Origin: Zygnema circumcarinatum SAG 698-1b
Taxonomy: Eukaryota > Plantae > Zygnematophyceae
Direction of reading: 5' to 3'
Length of the DNA stretch: 64,000 bases
Assembly (NCBI GenBank): GCA_037447605.1
Contig: CM074804.1
Span: 4,937,909 to 5,001,908 of the forward strand
In this document: piece after piece, positions 1 through 12,200 of the stretch
How the letters are laid out: each line of letters starts with the position of its first letter
How positions within the stretch are numbered: the first letter of the stretch is position 1
Notes under the pieces: generated by a model
What the model saw: only the letters and a program-made list of their open reading frames with translations
Database searches by the model: none
What the model was told of the DNA's origin: nothing
Translations under genes and position numbers: made by a program

Positions 1-1357
1 TTTTTCTGTGTCAAAATAGGGTCTATGCGATGTCCAAACCTGTACGAACGGCCCGCCGGCCAGTTCCGCCTGCTACAGGCCGCGCGCTACAGTGCGGCCG
101 TACGGCCAGCCAGCCGGCTAGCCGGCTCTGACCACCGCCGCCGCCGCCGCCGCGCCTGCTCTCGCCCAGCCGCCTCGACCGTACTGTACTCATTCTGCAT
201 TCAGTCTGGGAAGCGGTGCGCTTGGTACTAGTTCCGACGTGCGACGGTTTCGTACAATGTCGCCGTACGGCCCCGCCCCGCTCCAATCATACACGGCCAC
301 TTGGGCGGCGCATTCACTCGCCCGCGCGCGGTCCCTCCGCGCAATGATCGGCCGCGACAAGCGCGAGCCGACATTCGTACGCGCGGCAGTTGGGTGGGCC
401 GCCCAGCCGGCCGGTTCAGGCGGTTCGCCGGCGGCGGCAGGCGGCCAACGGCCGGTCGGCGTGTCGGCACGGGGGGAGCGGAATTCGCGGTGATGACGGG
501 GCAGCAGAATCGGCTCGAGCGGGTGCCGACGGAGGTTGGCCGCGCGCGGACCGACAGGCGCCTGACGCCTCCCGGCGACAAACGAACCGACTATTTGTCG
601 ATGGGAGGATGCCAAAATCTGTTGTCGTATCCGAGTGGGGTGCCCTGGGATGCGCGCTCGTTGACACGTAGAAAAGACATCCAAGATCTTTTAGAGACCG
701 CGTGACGAACCCGAATATCCACTAAATAGTTTTCTTCTGCCCGTCCTCCGCCCCCAGCCGTTACCCGGCGCGCGGCTCAAGCGACTCGGGCGGCACGCGC
801 TAAACCAAGTGCCGTGCCCGCCCGCCCGCCCGCCCGCCCGCCCGCCCGCCCGCGGGTCAAGCGCGGCCGCGCGCAATGAATGAAGCGCGAGCGCGCCCGC
901 TGGCCTGCGCGGCCCAGTAATGAGCCGCCCTGCCAGCTGGCATTCCGCGTGCGCCGACTTCATCAGCCACTTGTCGCATACGCAAAAACGACACTCAAAC
1001 ATGATGACCCGGGCCGAGCACGCCCGGGCCACCCGTACGGCCAACCGCCCGCCGCTCGTGTCCGTACGCTCGCCGCGGTAACGACGCTCCGGCCCCTTAA
1101 TGTCCCCGCCCGCCCGCCCGCGCCCGAACCGCGCCTCGCCGAACGCGACCCCGCGCGTGCGAGACGCGCCGCCCACTGGCGGCGCGGGGCCCGCGAGCAC
1201 GTTGAGCAGCCGTCCGCCCGTACGGCGCCCGTCCGTACGCTCCCTCGGCGGGGCGGGACGGCGCGGCTCTCAAATGCCCCCCCTCCCTCCCCCGCGCGGT
1301 TTGCCCCCTCTCCCTCTCTCCTCTCGCTCCCTTCCGGCCGGCCGGCCGGCCGCCGCC

Positions 1358-1996
1358 ATGCAGCAGCACGCAGAGGGGGCTATGGAATCCCCCCTTTCAC
1401 ACGCCTCCTCCGAAGGGACCTTCCACCACGCCCCCATGCTTCCCCCGCCCGCCAGCATCCCTCCCCGCTTGCAGGAGCTCCTGCACAGAAAGGGCCCTTA
1501 TTCTACACTAGATAAGCACGCACGCCCTACGAAGCTGCATCCCGCCCTGAAGCGTCAGCTCACAAACGCCCCAGATTTTATTGCAGATTATGAAGAGCAG
1601 TATATGGGCCGGGAATCTCCGCTTTCAAGACTGAGCACCGGGAGTCGCTCCGTCTCCTTCAAAGAGCGAAACGGGGAACTCGCCCAGCGCCCGTACGCGC
1701 AGAACAACGCCATGGCTCCCGAAGCCTCGCGATCGGGCTCGTCTGCGATGCTTAAATCTGCTCTAAAGAAGCCAGGAGGAAGCGCTACAGGACCTCGGGG
1801 AAAGCCAGTGGAGAAGCAGGTCACTCCGAGACGGGAGCAGGGTCCAGTGTATGCGATCCCTAATGATAGCGCCATGGAGAGAGGGAGAAACGGGTGGTCA
1901 TGGGGAGAGAGTCATAATCCTCCTGAGAACGGCTATGCGCGAAGCCCTCCGATATACCGTGACGAGTATCGGGCCCCTTCCCTGGCACATCACCAG

Positions 1997-2091
<95 letters not shown>

Positions 2092-5000
2092 GCCTCGGCC
2101 CGATGTCCGTCGTAGGAGCTCATTTGAGTCTCACGAGGGTTATTATGCCGGCCAGAATGTATATTGGGAGGAAGCCCAGGATGTCGTCTATGAGCGCCGC
2201 ACGGCATCAAACTCCGGGACGCCCCGGGAATGGCAGCAAGGGGGAGGGCGGAGAGGCCATGGCCAGATCGTCTCCCATTATGATGGAAATGAATACATAG
2301 CGGAAGTCGTCCAATCAACCCCTTCATCTTGGGAGCCTCCAGCTCCTATTCACCCTTCAGAGCCTCCTTTGGACGCTGCTATGGCGGGCTCTGTGGTACA
2401 CCGACATGTCGCATCGTACGACTGGGAGGGAGGCTCCTTGCCCATCTCTCCCGCGCACTCCTCCCACAGCGCTATGGCTCTCCCACTCTCCCGCACCGAG
2501 ACTTTCAATGATAACTCCATCCCAGGAGGGAGGTTTCTGAGCCCGCCTCTCTCTCCCGCATATGCTCCGCACCTTCAGCGCTCGAATACTCTGGATGGGC
2601 CAGTTTTAGTTTCAGGAGCTTCCTCCCCTTCAGGACAGCGACTGCGGCAGAGCAGTCACCTCCCTCCGCGAGCTTCTCCTGCCAATTCTTCAGGGAGCTA
2701 CGATGCGGTCCATTCTCGGAAAGCTTCGCAGGAGAAGATGAAGGCAGCGGAGGCGCCTCCAACGAGTCGGATATGGCGGCAGTCTTCGTTGCCGGAGGAC
2801 ATGAAGGTGCCAACCGCGGCATTGTACCCCCAAGAACGGCAGAAATCCGAGGTGAGTTGCACAGGTGTTTGTAGTGCTCTTAGTTCTTCGACTCCATATC
2901 TGTTCCTACTTTCAGACGGTTCCACTTCTGGGTGCATCTCGTCTCTCCCTCTCTCTCGCTCGCTCTCTCGCTTCCGCTGCCCCTTCCCTTCCCCCTTTCC
3001 CACTCCACACCCCTTCTCTCTTTCTCTCTCACTTCCGCTAATTGCTCGCTCTTTCAGACAAACGATCGCTCCTCGTCAATGCCGCGACAACGGCCTTTAC
3101 CCTCCGGGACGGCCGAGCCTCTCTGGGCGACTGGACAAGGAGAGAGAGCTGCAGCGGCCTCACGGAAGGATGAGGACACGGCCTTGGAAAGGAGCTCTAA
3201 TTCAGCGCTATTGTTCAGAGGGGGTGACAACGGGGCTGGGAGAGAGCCCTACAGAGAGCAGTACCGACAAGGGGGGCCTTCAGGAGAAGGGCGTGCGGGG
3301 GGGTCGCAGCGGTTAAGGGTTCCTGCTTACCCTCCTCATCCTTTTCGGGGGGAAGAGGGGTGGCGGCAGCGGGAAGGGGGAGAGTACTGGGAGGAGAGTA
3401 GGGAACTGTATAGCGATGCCGGAACCTTCCAGACGCAAGATTCTGGTGTGAGCTTGGCGTCAACTGGGAGTGGTCCAGAGTTGGAGATCGGCAATCCCAC
3501 TTCCGTTGAACAGGGTCAGCCGCCAATAGGAGCAATGGCATCAGAAACTAGTTTTCGGCGAGTCAATTCACAGCCGAACAGTGGTGGAAATATGCACAAA
3601 ACGCTTAATCCTATCAATACGGGTTCAGTAAGGTCTTACTCGGCTTCCTATGTAGCTCCGGCAACGCCATGGGAGGCAGAGTTTGAGAAGCAGCTGAGCT
3701 TCGCTATTAGGGAGCATGAAAGGATGACTACGAGCGGACCGGGCATTCCTCCCGCCTCTCCTCACCAGCAGGCTCAGCATTTAGCAACAGGAAAAGAGGA
3801 AATCGAGCCACCTTACGCTTTCATGGAACAAGCAGCCGTTTCGTTGGGGGACGGAGCCCTGAAGACGAGGAAAGGTTCCATAACGAGTCAAAGCTCAAAC
3901 TCGAGGAATAGCTCATTTGAAGGTTTGGAAGCGTTCACGGAAACTCCGTCATATCAAGACGGACATCGAAGGAGTTCGTTAGATATGAGCCAACTGAGGG
4001 AGGCGGAGATGCATGTCGCTGGAGTGATGAGGAATGGGAGCGGAATTCCGCGACGGAACGTTGGTGGTAGTGAAGTCAGAAATGGCCAGCAACCCAGTCT
4101 CCAGCCGCTGTTCGGGAGGTCCATCACTATCTCGCATGCGCCCTCATACGGTTTGCCCTATCATCAGGCTCGACCTGCGGGGAGTTTGTCTGCTTCGGGA
4201 GTTTCACAGGCGGTTCAGGTGAGAGTGCATGATGACCTGCTGCTTTCCCTCCTCGTCGTTTTCTTTTCTTTCACTTTGTTCGAGAGACGTTTTAAGAAAA
4301 ATACAGGGAAAGGAGGGTTTATGAGAGTGGAGGCTGGAGATAACGGCGAGAGGATGTGTAGAAAAGTCTGAAGGCAAGGCCAATGTCTGCTTGGTCATTT
4401 AGCTCACGGTGACCATTTTTTTAGTGTTTTTAGATCGGCTCACCCTAAAAGCCTAAGGAGCGGTATGTAGGAATCTAAAGCATTTTATGTGCTTCCTCCG
4501 TACCCTTCCTTCATTTCACGCATCGCACCTTACCCATCCTTCCCCTGGTCAGCGCCATGGCTTTTAGAAGCCTGCGGCAGATTTAGCCCCTTCCAGGGGA
4601 GAGATATCATCCGTCACGCATGTCACGTTGCGTCGCGTCACGTAGCGTTACGTAGCGTCACGTCACGTCACATCGCGTCACGTCGCAGACGCAGCGCCGA
4701 ATCCTGCGCGCTTTCGTCCTGTCGAGGCTCTGGAGGTGTGACAAGTGTCACACCACGTCCGCGTACCCGCCCGGACGGACGGTCAGACTGGCGGGGAGGG
4801 ACGGGGCCTCCCTCGCTCCGTCAGGAGAACAGGCGGAGAAGAAGGGGGGAGAAAATGCACGGACTAAAACAACATGTAGGATCTCGTCATTGTACGATTG
4901 TGTTCTACAGTAAGTACTGTAGTGGAATCGAAGTAGAAAATAGGGCTTCCGAAGCACATCCCGAATCGAAATGTCAAAAAATCACACGTCCTACTTGCTA

Positions 5001-7307
5001 TGGAAAGTGGGTTCGGCCGAAGTGGTGGTGTGTCGGGAGTGAAGGGATGTGATGGGGGAGGTGGAATTGAGGGCACGGCATGACGGTGTAGGCTGACAAT
5101 CCGCCATGGGGGATTGCGTGGCTGCAGTGTCTGTGGTGCCTGGCGGTGCTTGCTGTTCCAACGGACTTGGAGCAGAACCAGGGAGGAACGCAGAAGTTAC
5201 GATGCGGGAGGTGTCTCAAGGTGTCAATGTACCATTTCACGGGGGAAGAGGAGTCCCCGACTTACTTTCATCACGACGATGGGAGAGGCAGCAGAGAGTC
5301 GCTGCAAAGCGAGAGCTCGACGGGGTCGGTGGTCATCCGGGAGCTCAGGCGGGGAGAGTCTCCCCTCGGCAGAGACCTGCAGCAGGCTCTTCAAGCTAAG
5401 AACGAGGAGAGCCAGCTCTCACCTAAAGGCATGCAGGAGAGGGCGCAAGGGAGTTTAAACGGAGGGAAAAATGTGGTGTGGAAGGGAGTAATGAATGTGG
5501 AAACGCGTACTGTGCATTCGCGACAGCAGATTGGAGAAGGAGCAAGTGCTCTGTCTTCTCCGACCAAAGCAGAGCTTTCTGATGATGCCCCCGTTAAAAC
5601 TGCACAAGAGCAGCCACGTGTGAAGGAGGACCCGCCCAAGGCAGCGAAGAACCTCCCGGCACGCGCTGCTCAAGCCTTTTCCCGGTGGGCCACAAAGCTG
5701 GGAGGACACTCCAGCAGCGCAGCAGTGCACGCAGAGACAAGTCCTCCACACAAGCAGAACGACTCAAAAGCATTGCAGCAGGCATCTCCGGAGAATGACA
5801 AGAAAAGCCAAGATGGAGATCTGCAATGTGGCAAAAGGGGTCCTGTGAGGGTTAACGGTCATGCTATCTCTGAGAAGGTGGTGGAGAAGGCAGAGAAGAA
5901 GGCTGGGCCCATTCAACCTGGCGACTATTGGTGAGTATTTTTAAACACTTTATACCGGGAAGCACGGAAACTTGGATGCCATTGGCTGCAGGCGTTCTTT
6001 GAGGGGCAATGTATGGTTGTCATCGGCATGGAAGCATCAGAAGAATGGAACAGTGATAGTTATTTCAAGGAATCCCCCTGCATGCATATTTCAGGAGTCT
6101 GCTGTGAATGAAGGTTTTAATTCTACGAGTAAACAGTCTATTGACAAACTCTGATCGCAAGAAGGGGCAACTAATTCTTGAATAGGAAATGGATCAACTG
6201 TCTCTTGGAAGGTTATGCATGGCGGAAGAAGTAAAAAGGAGGGGCCGTGTTGCAGGTATGATCCGCGTGCCGGCTTCTGGGGAGTGACGGGCGGCCCCTG
6301 CCTTGGGATTATTCCGGTGAGGATTAGTCCACACTGCATTGAAGCAGCATAACTGCAGGTCATGGATGGCAATCAGCAAAAATGGACGGTGTTGCTGCTG
6401 GTTCCTCGCATGCCTGATAACTGAGTTTTTCAGACAAGTGCTAGAGTGCAGAAAAAAACTCTCAAGCGTGCGCCATTGTCGTGGTCTTTGTTGTGCCAAT
6501 TCTGGAGGAATTTCCAGTAAAGGAGAGCCCGCAGAAGAAATAGCTACAGGGTTGGGTTAATGAGTTAGGAGCGTGATTTATTTCCTCACTGTCAGTAGAC
6601 CGCTGGCCGGTTTGACCAGCACATTCTCAAGCAAATGATGATCCTGCTCCTAGAGATGTTTCTAGAAACCAGAGCCACTACCAAAGTTGTTCTTTCAGCC
6701 TGACTGTTCTTTGCTCGTCACTTTCTGGCCGTGCAGGGGAAAATATCAGAGCTGGACTTTCCTATGCCTGAGAAATGTGCTGGCGGTGACACCAAAGTTT
6801 GGGTGAATGGCCGCGAGCTGCACCAGAAGGACCTCGCAGTTCTCATGCAGCGTGGGCTGAAAATGATTCCCGGCAATTCCTACCTGCTGGATGCAGCTGG
6901 GCAGGTTATCGATGAGCGGTCAAAAAGGCAAATACAGGACCTGGGCAAGCTGCAGCCCTCGTAAGTGGCACCTTTTATTTGCCAAAGGCCTTAGTGCAGA
7001 GCCTGCTTTCAAGATGCAAAGGGATGCGTTCCGTAGGGTTTGGAAGAAGGGCCCTGACAGCTAGGTCACTAGAATGCCTTCTGAAGTTGGTTATCAACCT
7101 AGCTCGAATATGTCTGAACCATCATGTAAAAACGCTCTGTTTTTTGGATGTGAGAGATGATCAAAGGCGAGTTTGAATATGTGCAGGCTGGAGAGACGGG
7201 GCAGAGGATCCGGCATGCGCATGCCTAAGAAGGGCAGCAAGGACGAGGAAAGTTCGAACCGGGGCAGCAGCTCTCTTGACAGCTCGCATTTGGTGACGGT
7301 CGGATGA
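1358..7307 (+). CDS. EDR4-like / extra-large G-protein-like zinc-ribbon protein (DUF3133-type), 6 exons, long disordered N-terminus with polyQ
   Basis: Exons ~1358-2851, 3058-4218, 5092-5930, 6257-6316, 6737-6960, 7187-7307 join in frame at GT-AG sites. Zinc ribbon CLWC...QKLRCGRC; C-terminal VRVNGHAISEKVVEKAEKKAGPIQPGDYWYDPRAGFWGVTGGPCLGIIP...CAGGDTKVWVNGRELHQKDL...LGKLQPS matches the EDR4/XLG-shared motif. ATG 1358 has GCCGCCATG context; in-frame upstream ATGs (1100, 1274) are possible. Confidence 0.85.
2000..2089 (+). repeat. Uninterrupted (CAG)30 microsatellite encoding polyglutamine
   Basis: 90 nt of pure CAG, in frame with exon 1 (HHQK-Q30-RPRP). Confidence 0.97.
4612..4690. repeat. 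Degenerate (CACGT/CGCGT)n pentamer array (ACGT-core cluster) in intron 2
   Basis: cgtcacgcatgtcacgttgcgtcgcgtcacgtagcgttacgtagcgtcacgtcacgtcacatcgcgtcacgtcgc. Confidence 0.75.
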
Positions 7308-9202
7308 TGCGGCGTCCGAAACACCTGCGGCGGCAGGACGACTATTAGGGTTCGCTCCGGTTAGGGTTTAGGGTCAGGGCGGGGCCGCGCTGAACCCCGC
7401 CCGCGAGGTTCGCATTGGACTGAGGCGGGCAGCGCGGCTCCAAGGGCTTTGCAGCACCGGGCCGAGCTAGAGGACAGGAAGGAGCACGCATCGAATTAGG
7501 GTTGCTTTGGACACGGGCAACATAGGGTAAACAATTGGCTTTCTTTATAGGCATTTTTAAAAGCTTAGGATCAGCGATATCAAAGCAATGCAGTATAAGG
7601 CATTCGTGCCAGAATTCTTGCAATGCTCCGTGCATACTCCATACGGTGTGCTGCTATTTATTGCTTGACAGCAGTTGTACTTGTGCAATACCCATCGAAA
7701 GGCAGCTCTAGGATTTGGTCAGGTAGGCAGCGGAATTTAAGTAAAGCAGTATGAGTGCATTCTTGTATTTTTTTTTTTTTTTTTTTAAATATGAACGTCA
7801 GGCTGGTGCCGCTTTTCGTAACGAGTTTTATCACTTGAACTCCGTAAAAATATTTTATTTTAGGGTCCCAATGGCCTTATGACTACCCTGCCCACTCTAG
7901 CGTCCGGCTCGCCCAATTTGCCGAACATCCAAGGCTTGGGGTCGCCAGGATTTGGGATTGGCATGATGGGGCATGCTTTCAGGTCCCCTTGCAGGGATGA
8001 TGGGAGGCATCATGTCTGGTGGGACCGGCGAGCTTTGGTGAGGTTTGCCGAGACTATCGCGCCCTGCCTTCGGATCCATCCATCGACAAGGAAGGCGGAT
8101 GATGGCCGCGCACCGCTGTGCCATGCCATGCCCATGCCAGCCCATGCCCTGGCCATGCCATGCCATGCTGCAGCCCCCCGCCCGCTCCGTCCGGCGGCCT
8201 TCCCATCATCCTTCTTGGGAAAAAAAAAAAAAAAAGAAGGGGCTGCAAGTCAATTGATACTTTTTTGCTGCCCAAAAGTCACGCGCTACATGTCACGTAG
8301 TTTTACGGCCGTGAAACGTGCCCGTCCGTCCTGCCTGCGTCCGCCGTGGCGCGCCCGTGGCGAGGCATTCGACGTGGCGCTCGCGTGTACACGTCCGTAC
8401 ACGCCCGTACGTCCACCGTGGCGGCGCCCGCGGCATCAAGCTGAGGGACTGGCTAGCTCGTTTTCAAATCTGCCTTCCGGCCTGCCTGCTTGCGGCGGGG
8501 AGCCCTCTGGCAGGGCGGGAGAGGGAGAGGGAGAGAAGGCGCGACGAGCGGAGGGAGCTGCACGCGCACTGCCCTCCGCCCATCGCGTGGTTGTGCAAGC
8601 AGGCAGGAGAAGGATAGAGAAGAAGAATATCGAGTCAACCAGCGCTCCTTCTGGCAGAAGCAGAGAAGCTGTCACGCACCTGGACGCTGTTCCAGCAATA
8701 CAAAGCTTCCACCGTGGCGGGGCGTCGTAAAGCGAGGAGTTCCCGATGGGGCATCTCTCCATTTCAGGTGGATATTCCTTGTTATTTTGGAAGTTGTACG
8801 TTCATTTTATGAAACTAGCATTTAGGTTATTCTTGTGCAACTATTTTGTATCTCAAACGAGCCTTTCTGGGCACAGCTATCATCTTGGACACTTTTTGTG
8901 TGCTTCTAATTTATCACACGCTCATGTACCCTACGTCTAATGCCTGATTTTTATTAAATCATCCCACGAGCAAACGCGTTAGGCAACTGGAGATGATGTC
9001 TCAGATTGTTGAAAAGTCAAAACCTAACAAGTTAAAACTCTCCCTTAACATTGAGTTCGCGTTATTCTATTGTAGTCCTGTATCCAAGGAGAGGTCTTGC
9101 AACTCCCAAAGCATTTCCGGAGGGAGAGCACGTGGTTTGCGTTCCCCCTTTTTAAAGGGGAGCCTCATTCGTCTGCTGCAGTGTAGTTATTCCAAAGCGA
9201 CC

Positions 9203-12200
9203 ATGGCGGGGCGTTATCTGTGGCTTGGTCTATGGATTTCTGTGGTGTTTCTCCTCGTTATCCAGTTGTTCCCTGTCGTCACCAAGTACTTATTAGGCGG
9301 CCAGCAGGAAGCTGGAGACGGCACAAGTTCCAAGGATGACGTATGTTCACTATTATTCTCTTATTCCTTATGTAAATTGGTGCCGCCTAACATTAAGCGA
9401 GGCATTCGCAAGCGATCTTTACCTTAACTTAGCTCGATGGTTGATTTGTTCTGGAGTAAATTCTGTTATCTGCACGGTTAGCTTCAACTTGGTCCTTTCC
9501 CAAGCTAAGACCGTTTTTTTCTCAAGGAATGTACTGGAACCTTAAAAATTGGCAGTGCAAAAAAACAGATTAAACCAAGCCCAGTTTGCCATGTTCGCCA
9601 TGAAAGCATTCCAAATGAACTTTGCATTGTGTGTGCAGCCGCAGAACGGCTTTTTGGGGGCAGCCAACACCGGCAATTCAGGCAGTCGAGTTTCTAATTT
9701 ACCCGTGGAAGTGTCTAAGTTGGATCTTGAAAAGGTTCTTTGATCCCATCCCATCAATCCAAAATGCATTACTAGTTAGAAAGAAGCGTTTTTGCACTGA
9801 CTACACTTGGCTCATTTATACCGAGGATTATGTTATAAGCAGCTGTGGAACAGAATGTAGCTATTCTCTGCATGTGTTGCTTGGGGGGGCATCACCAGCC
9901 ACAGAAGCAAGAACGGAAGTACCATTTTCCCAACCCGAGGCTGAACTATGTGCTTACTAAGTTAAACGGGAAAAGAGCCAAAAACAAAGCTTAGTGCATC
10001 TAACAGGCAGCGCGACCCAAACCTAGCACATTTTAGCAGCATTACCTTAACCTCCACAGTGTTTGATCTGTGTGCCATGCCTTTTCTGATGAATAGGTTC
10101 TCATGGACAGATTCCCGTGATGTTGCCTTCTGAGTCTTTCCCATTTGTTGACTTGACTCTCGTTCTATAGTTGCCCAGACTTGAACGCCTCATTTTGAGG
10201 TCTAAAGCATATTGAAGTATCATTAATTTGGGTTCAATTCATGATCACTCTCCATTCGCGATCTAAAACGAATGCTTGTTTGCAGTGTAGGTCTGCTTTG
10301 TTGCAAAGTTGTGCATTTCATGTTGGACCTGAGATAGCTGTGGCTCAAACAGATGTAGTAGAATCAGGGAAACCCGCAGCATTGAGTACCACCCCCTGGA
10401 CTTGTAGTGAAACCTGTAAGAGCAGTTTGCAAGCGCGAAACCAGTAACAAGCAATTGTTTGCTATGATCTATAAATTTTCTGTTTGTCTTTCCGGTTAGA
10501 CATGAAACGAGGCACATAATGCAATATTGTGCTGGTTTTGAATGTTCAGATTACATGTCCAATTATAACAGAAGTTACAAATTCTAGCTACATTTTTCGA
10601 CGTCTGACGGTGTTGCTTGTATGAGAAGCAGGCAGCTGAATATGCGGCCAGACTATGGAGACCCGTTGCAACCAAAGGTTACCAACCATGCACTGATGCA
10701 AGCCCAGAATTCAAAGGTAAAATCTTGTTAGGCAAGCATTTTCTTCTTCAGGAGATATTGTACGAGCACCCATAGGACTCGCTCCTACTGAATGTGGTAA
10801 AAAAACTCCGAAATGCTCTAAATCATCTGGCAACGAACTGCTCGTTTTCCAGCACACAATTTAATGCTCAATTTTTTTTCTAGATCAACCCTCTCCCCGA
10901 AACGGGTTGTTTTGGAGAAGAGCGAGGGCATTTAGATGGTTTACACATGGAGCCTTGCGAGAAGCGCAACTACTTATTCTGACTCCGTGACGGGTTGTGG
11001 TGGGGTCAGCCAGCAGACGAAATGTCTCCAGAGGCTTTCTGACGGTCCATGCAAATGGTGGTCTCAACCAGATGAGAGCAGGGGTGAGATTCTTGGCAAT
11101 AGGAGTCTTAAAATTCGCTTAATGCTAAAAGACCAGTTTCTTTATCATGATTTTTGATCAACTTGATCAACGGTTATGGTCTAATCATATTGTAACTTGA
11201 GGAAAGGCCACACTAGCTATTCATGATGTAGGAAGAAATATTGTATCTTATAGTAATGGCCTCTGAGAAGCTCGAAAAGCTTTCATCTATGAAAGCGTAC
11301 AGCCAGAAAAAGCAAAAACTGGATCTTGACAGTTCGAAGTGGTATGCATAGTTCTGTTGCAGATTTGCGATATGGTGGCTGTGGCCCGCATTTTGAATGC
11401 CACGCTTGTCCTTCCTGAACTGGACAAAAGCTCGTTTTGGAAGGATTCAAGGTATTAGCTCACTAGGTTTGAGTTGTATACGAATGGGAAGTTATATCCG
11501 CATTCTTTCCCTTTCCGCAAAACTAGTCATGTGGAAATTTCTTTTTTGCTTTTGAAGCTTGCAGGGCCGATGTTCATTTGAAGTGTCCAAGAATTTGATG
11601 TTTCTTAGTTCATCAGCAGGAAGTCTTCAACGGTCTGTTGGTGCTTTGCATCATGATGCTTGCTTCAGAAGGCAGATACACCCGCACTTGCAAAGTTGCT
11701 CTTGCCGACGGGCTGTCAAACATGGCTTGTTTATAAAAGCGGTCACTCTTGAAACTACTTGCTTGCAGGACGAATGCGAATTGCATAAATGGATAGTGTG
11801 CACGCTATCTGTGTGTCTTGCATCGTGGAAGATTTTTTCGATCAATGATGTTGACATTGTTGCTGTTCTCAGTCACTTATTCTATCATTCACTTATACTT
11901 GTCTAGTTGGGAGCATGGATCTGCAGCAATTTTTCCGATATCTTTGATACGGCTCACTTCATTGCAGCATTGACGCAAGATGTGAATGTGATACCTAAAC
12001 TACCAAAGGAGTACAAATACGCAGAGCAAGCGCGAATACATTTCAAGAGCTGGTCAAACTACGACTATTACGATAAGGAAATCGGCAATCTTTGGCTCGA
12101 GTACAAGGCAAGCGATTATATCCTGCGTGATTCCTCAACTCTGCTACCGGGTTTGATAAGTATTCTATAGAAAGATTAGCAAGCTTACTTCAGGTCAATG

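Noticed and set aside
545-600. Short similarity to ~35745-35835 (CGACAGGC..CTGACGCCTCC; GAACCGACT..TTGTCG inverted)
   Set aside because: Only about 20 bp blocks in GC-rich DNA; too short to call a repeat family without a search.
1-1350. Many overlapping ORFs in the GC island (also at 7879-8730, 18000-19010, 27250-28460, 34800-36340, 62900-63820)
   Set aside because: Arg/Pro/Ala/Gly-rich frames expected from stop-codon scarcity in GC-rich promoter or UTR DNA; no domain motifs.
6630-6716. Possible intronic C/D snoRNA (ATGATGA ... CTGA with AGCAA/TTGCT ends)
   Set aside because: The CTGAC sits ~35 nt from the acceptor and is better explained as the branch point; I could not match a guide sequence to rRNA.
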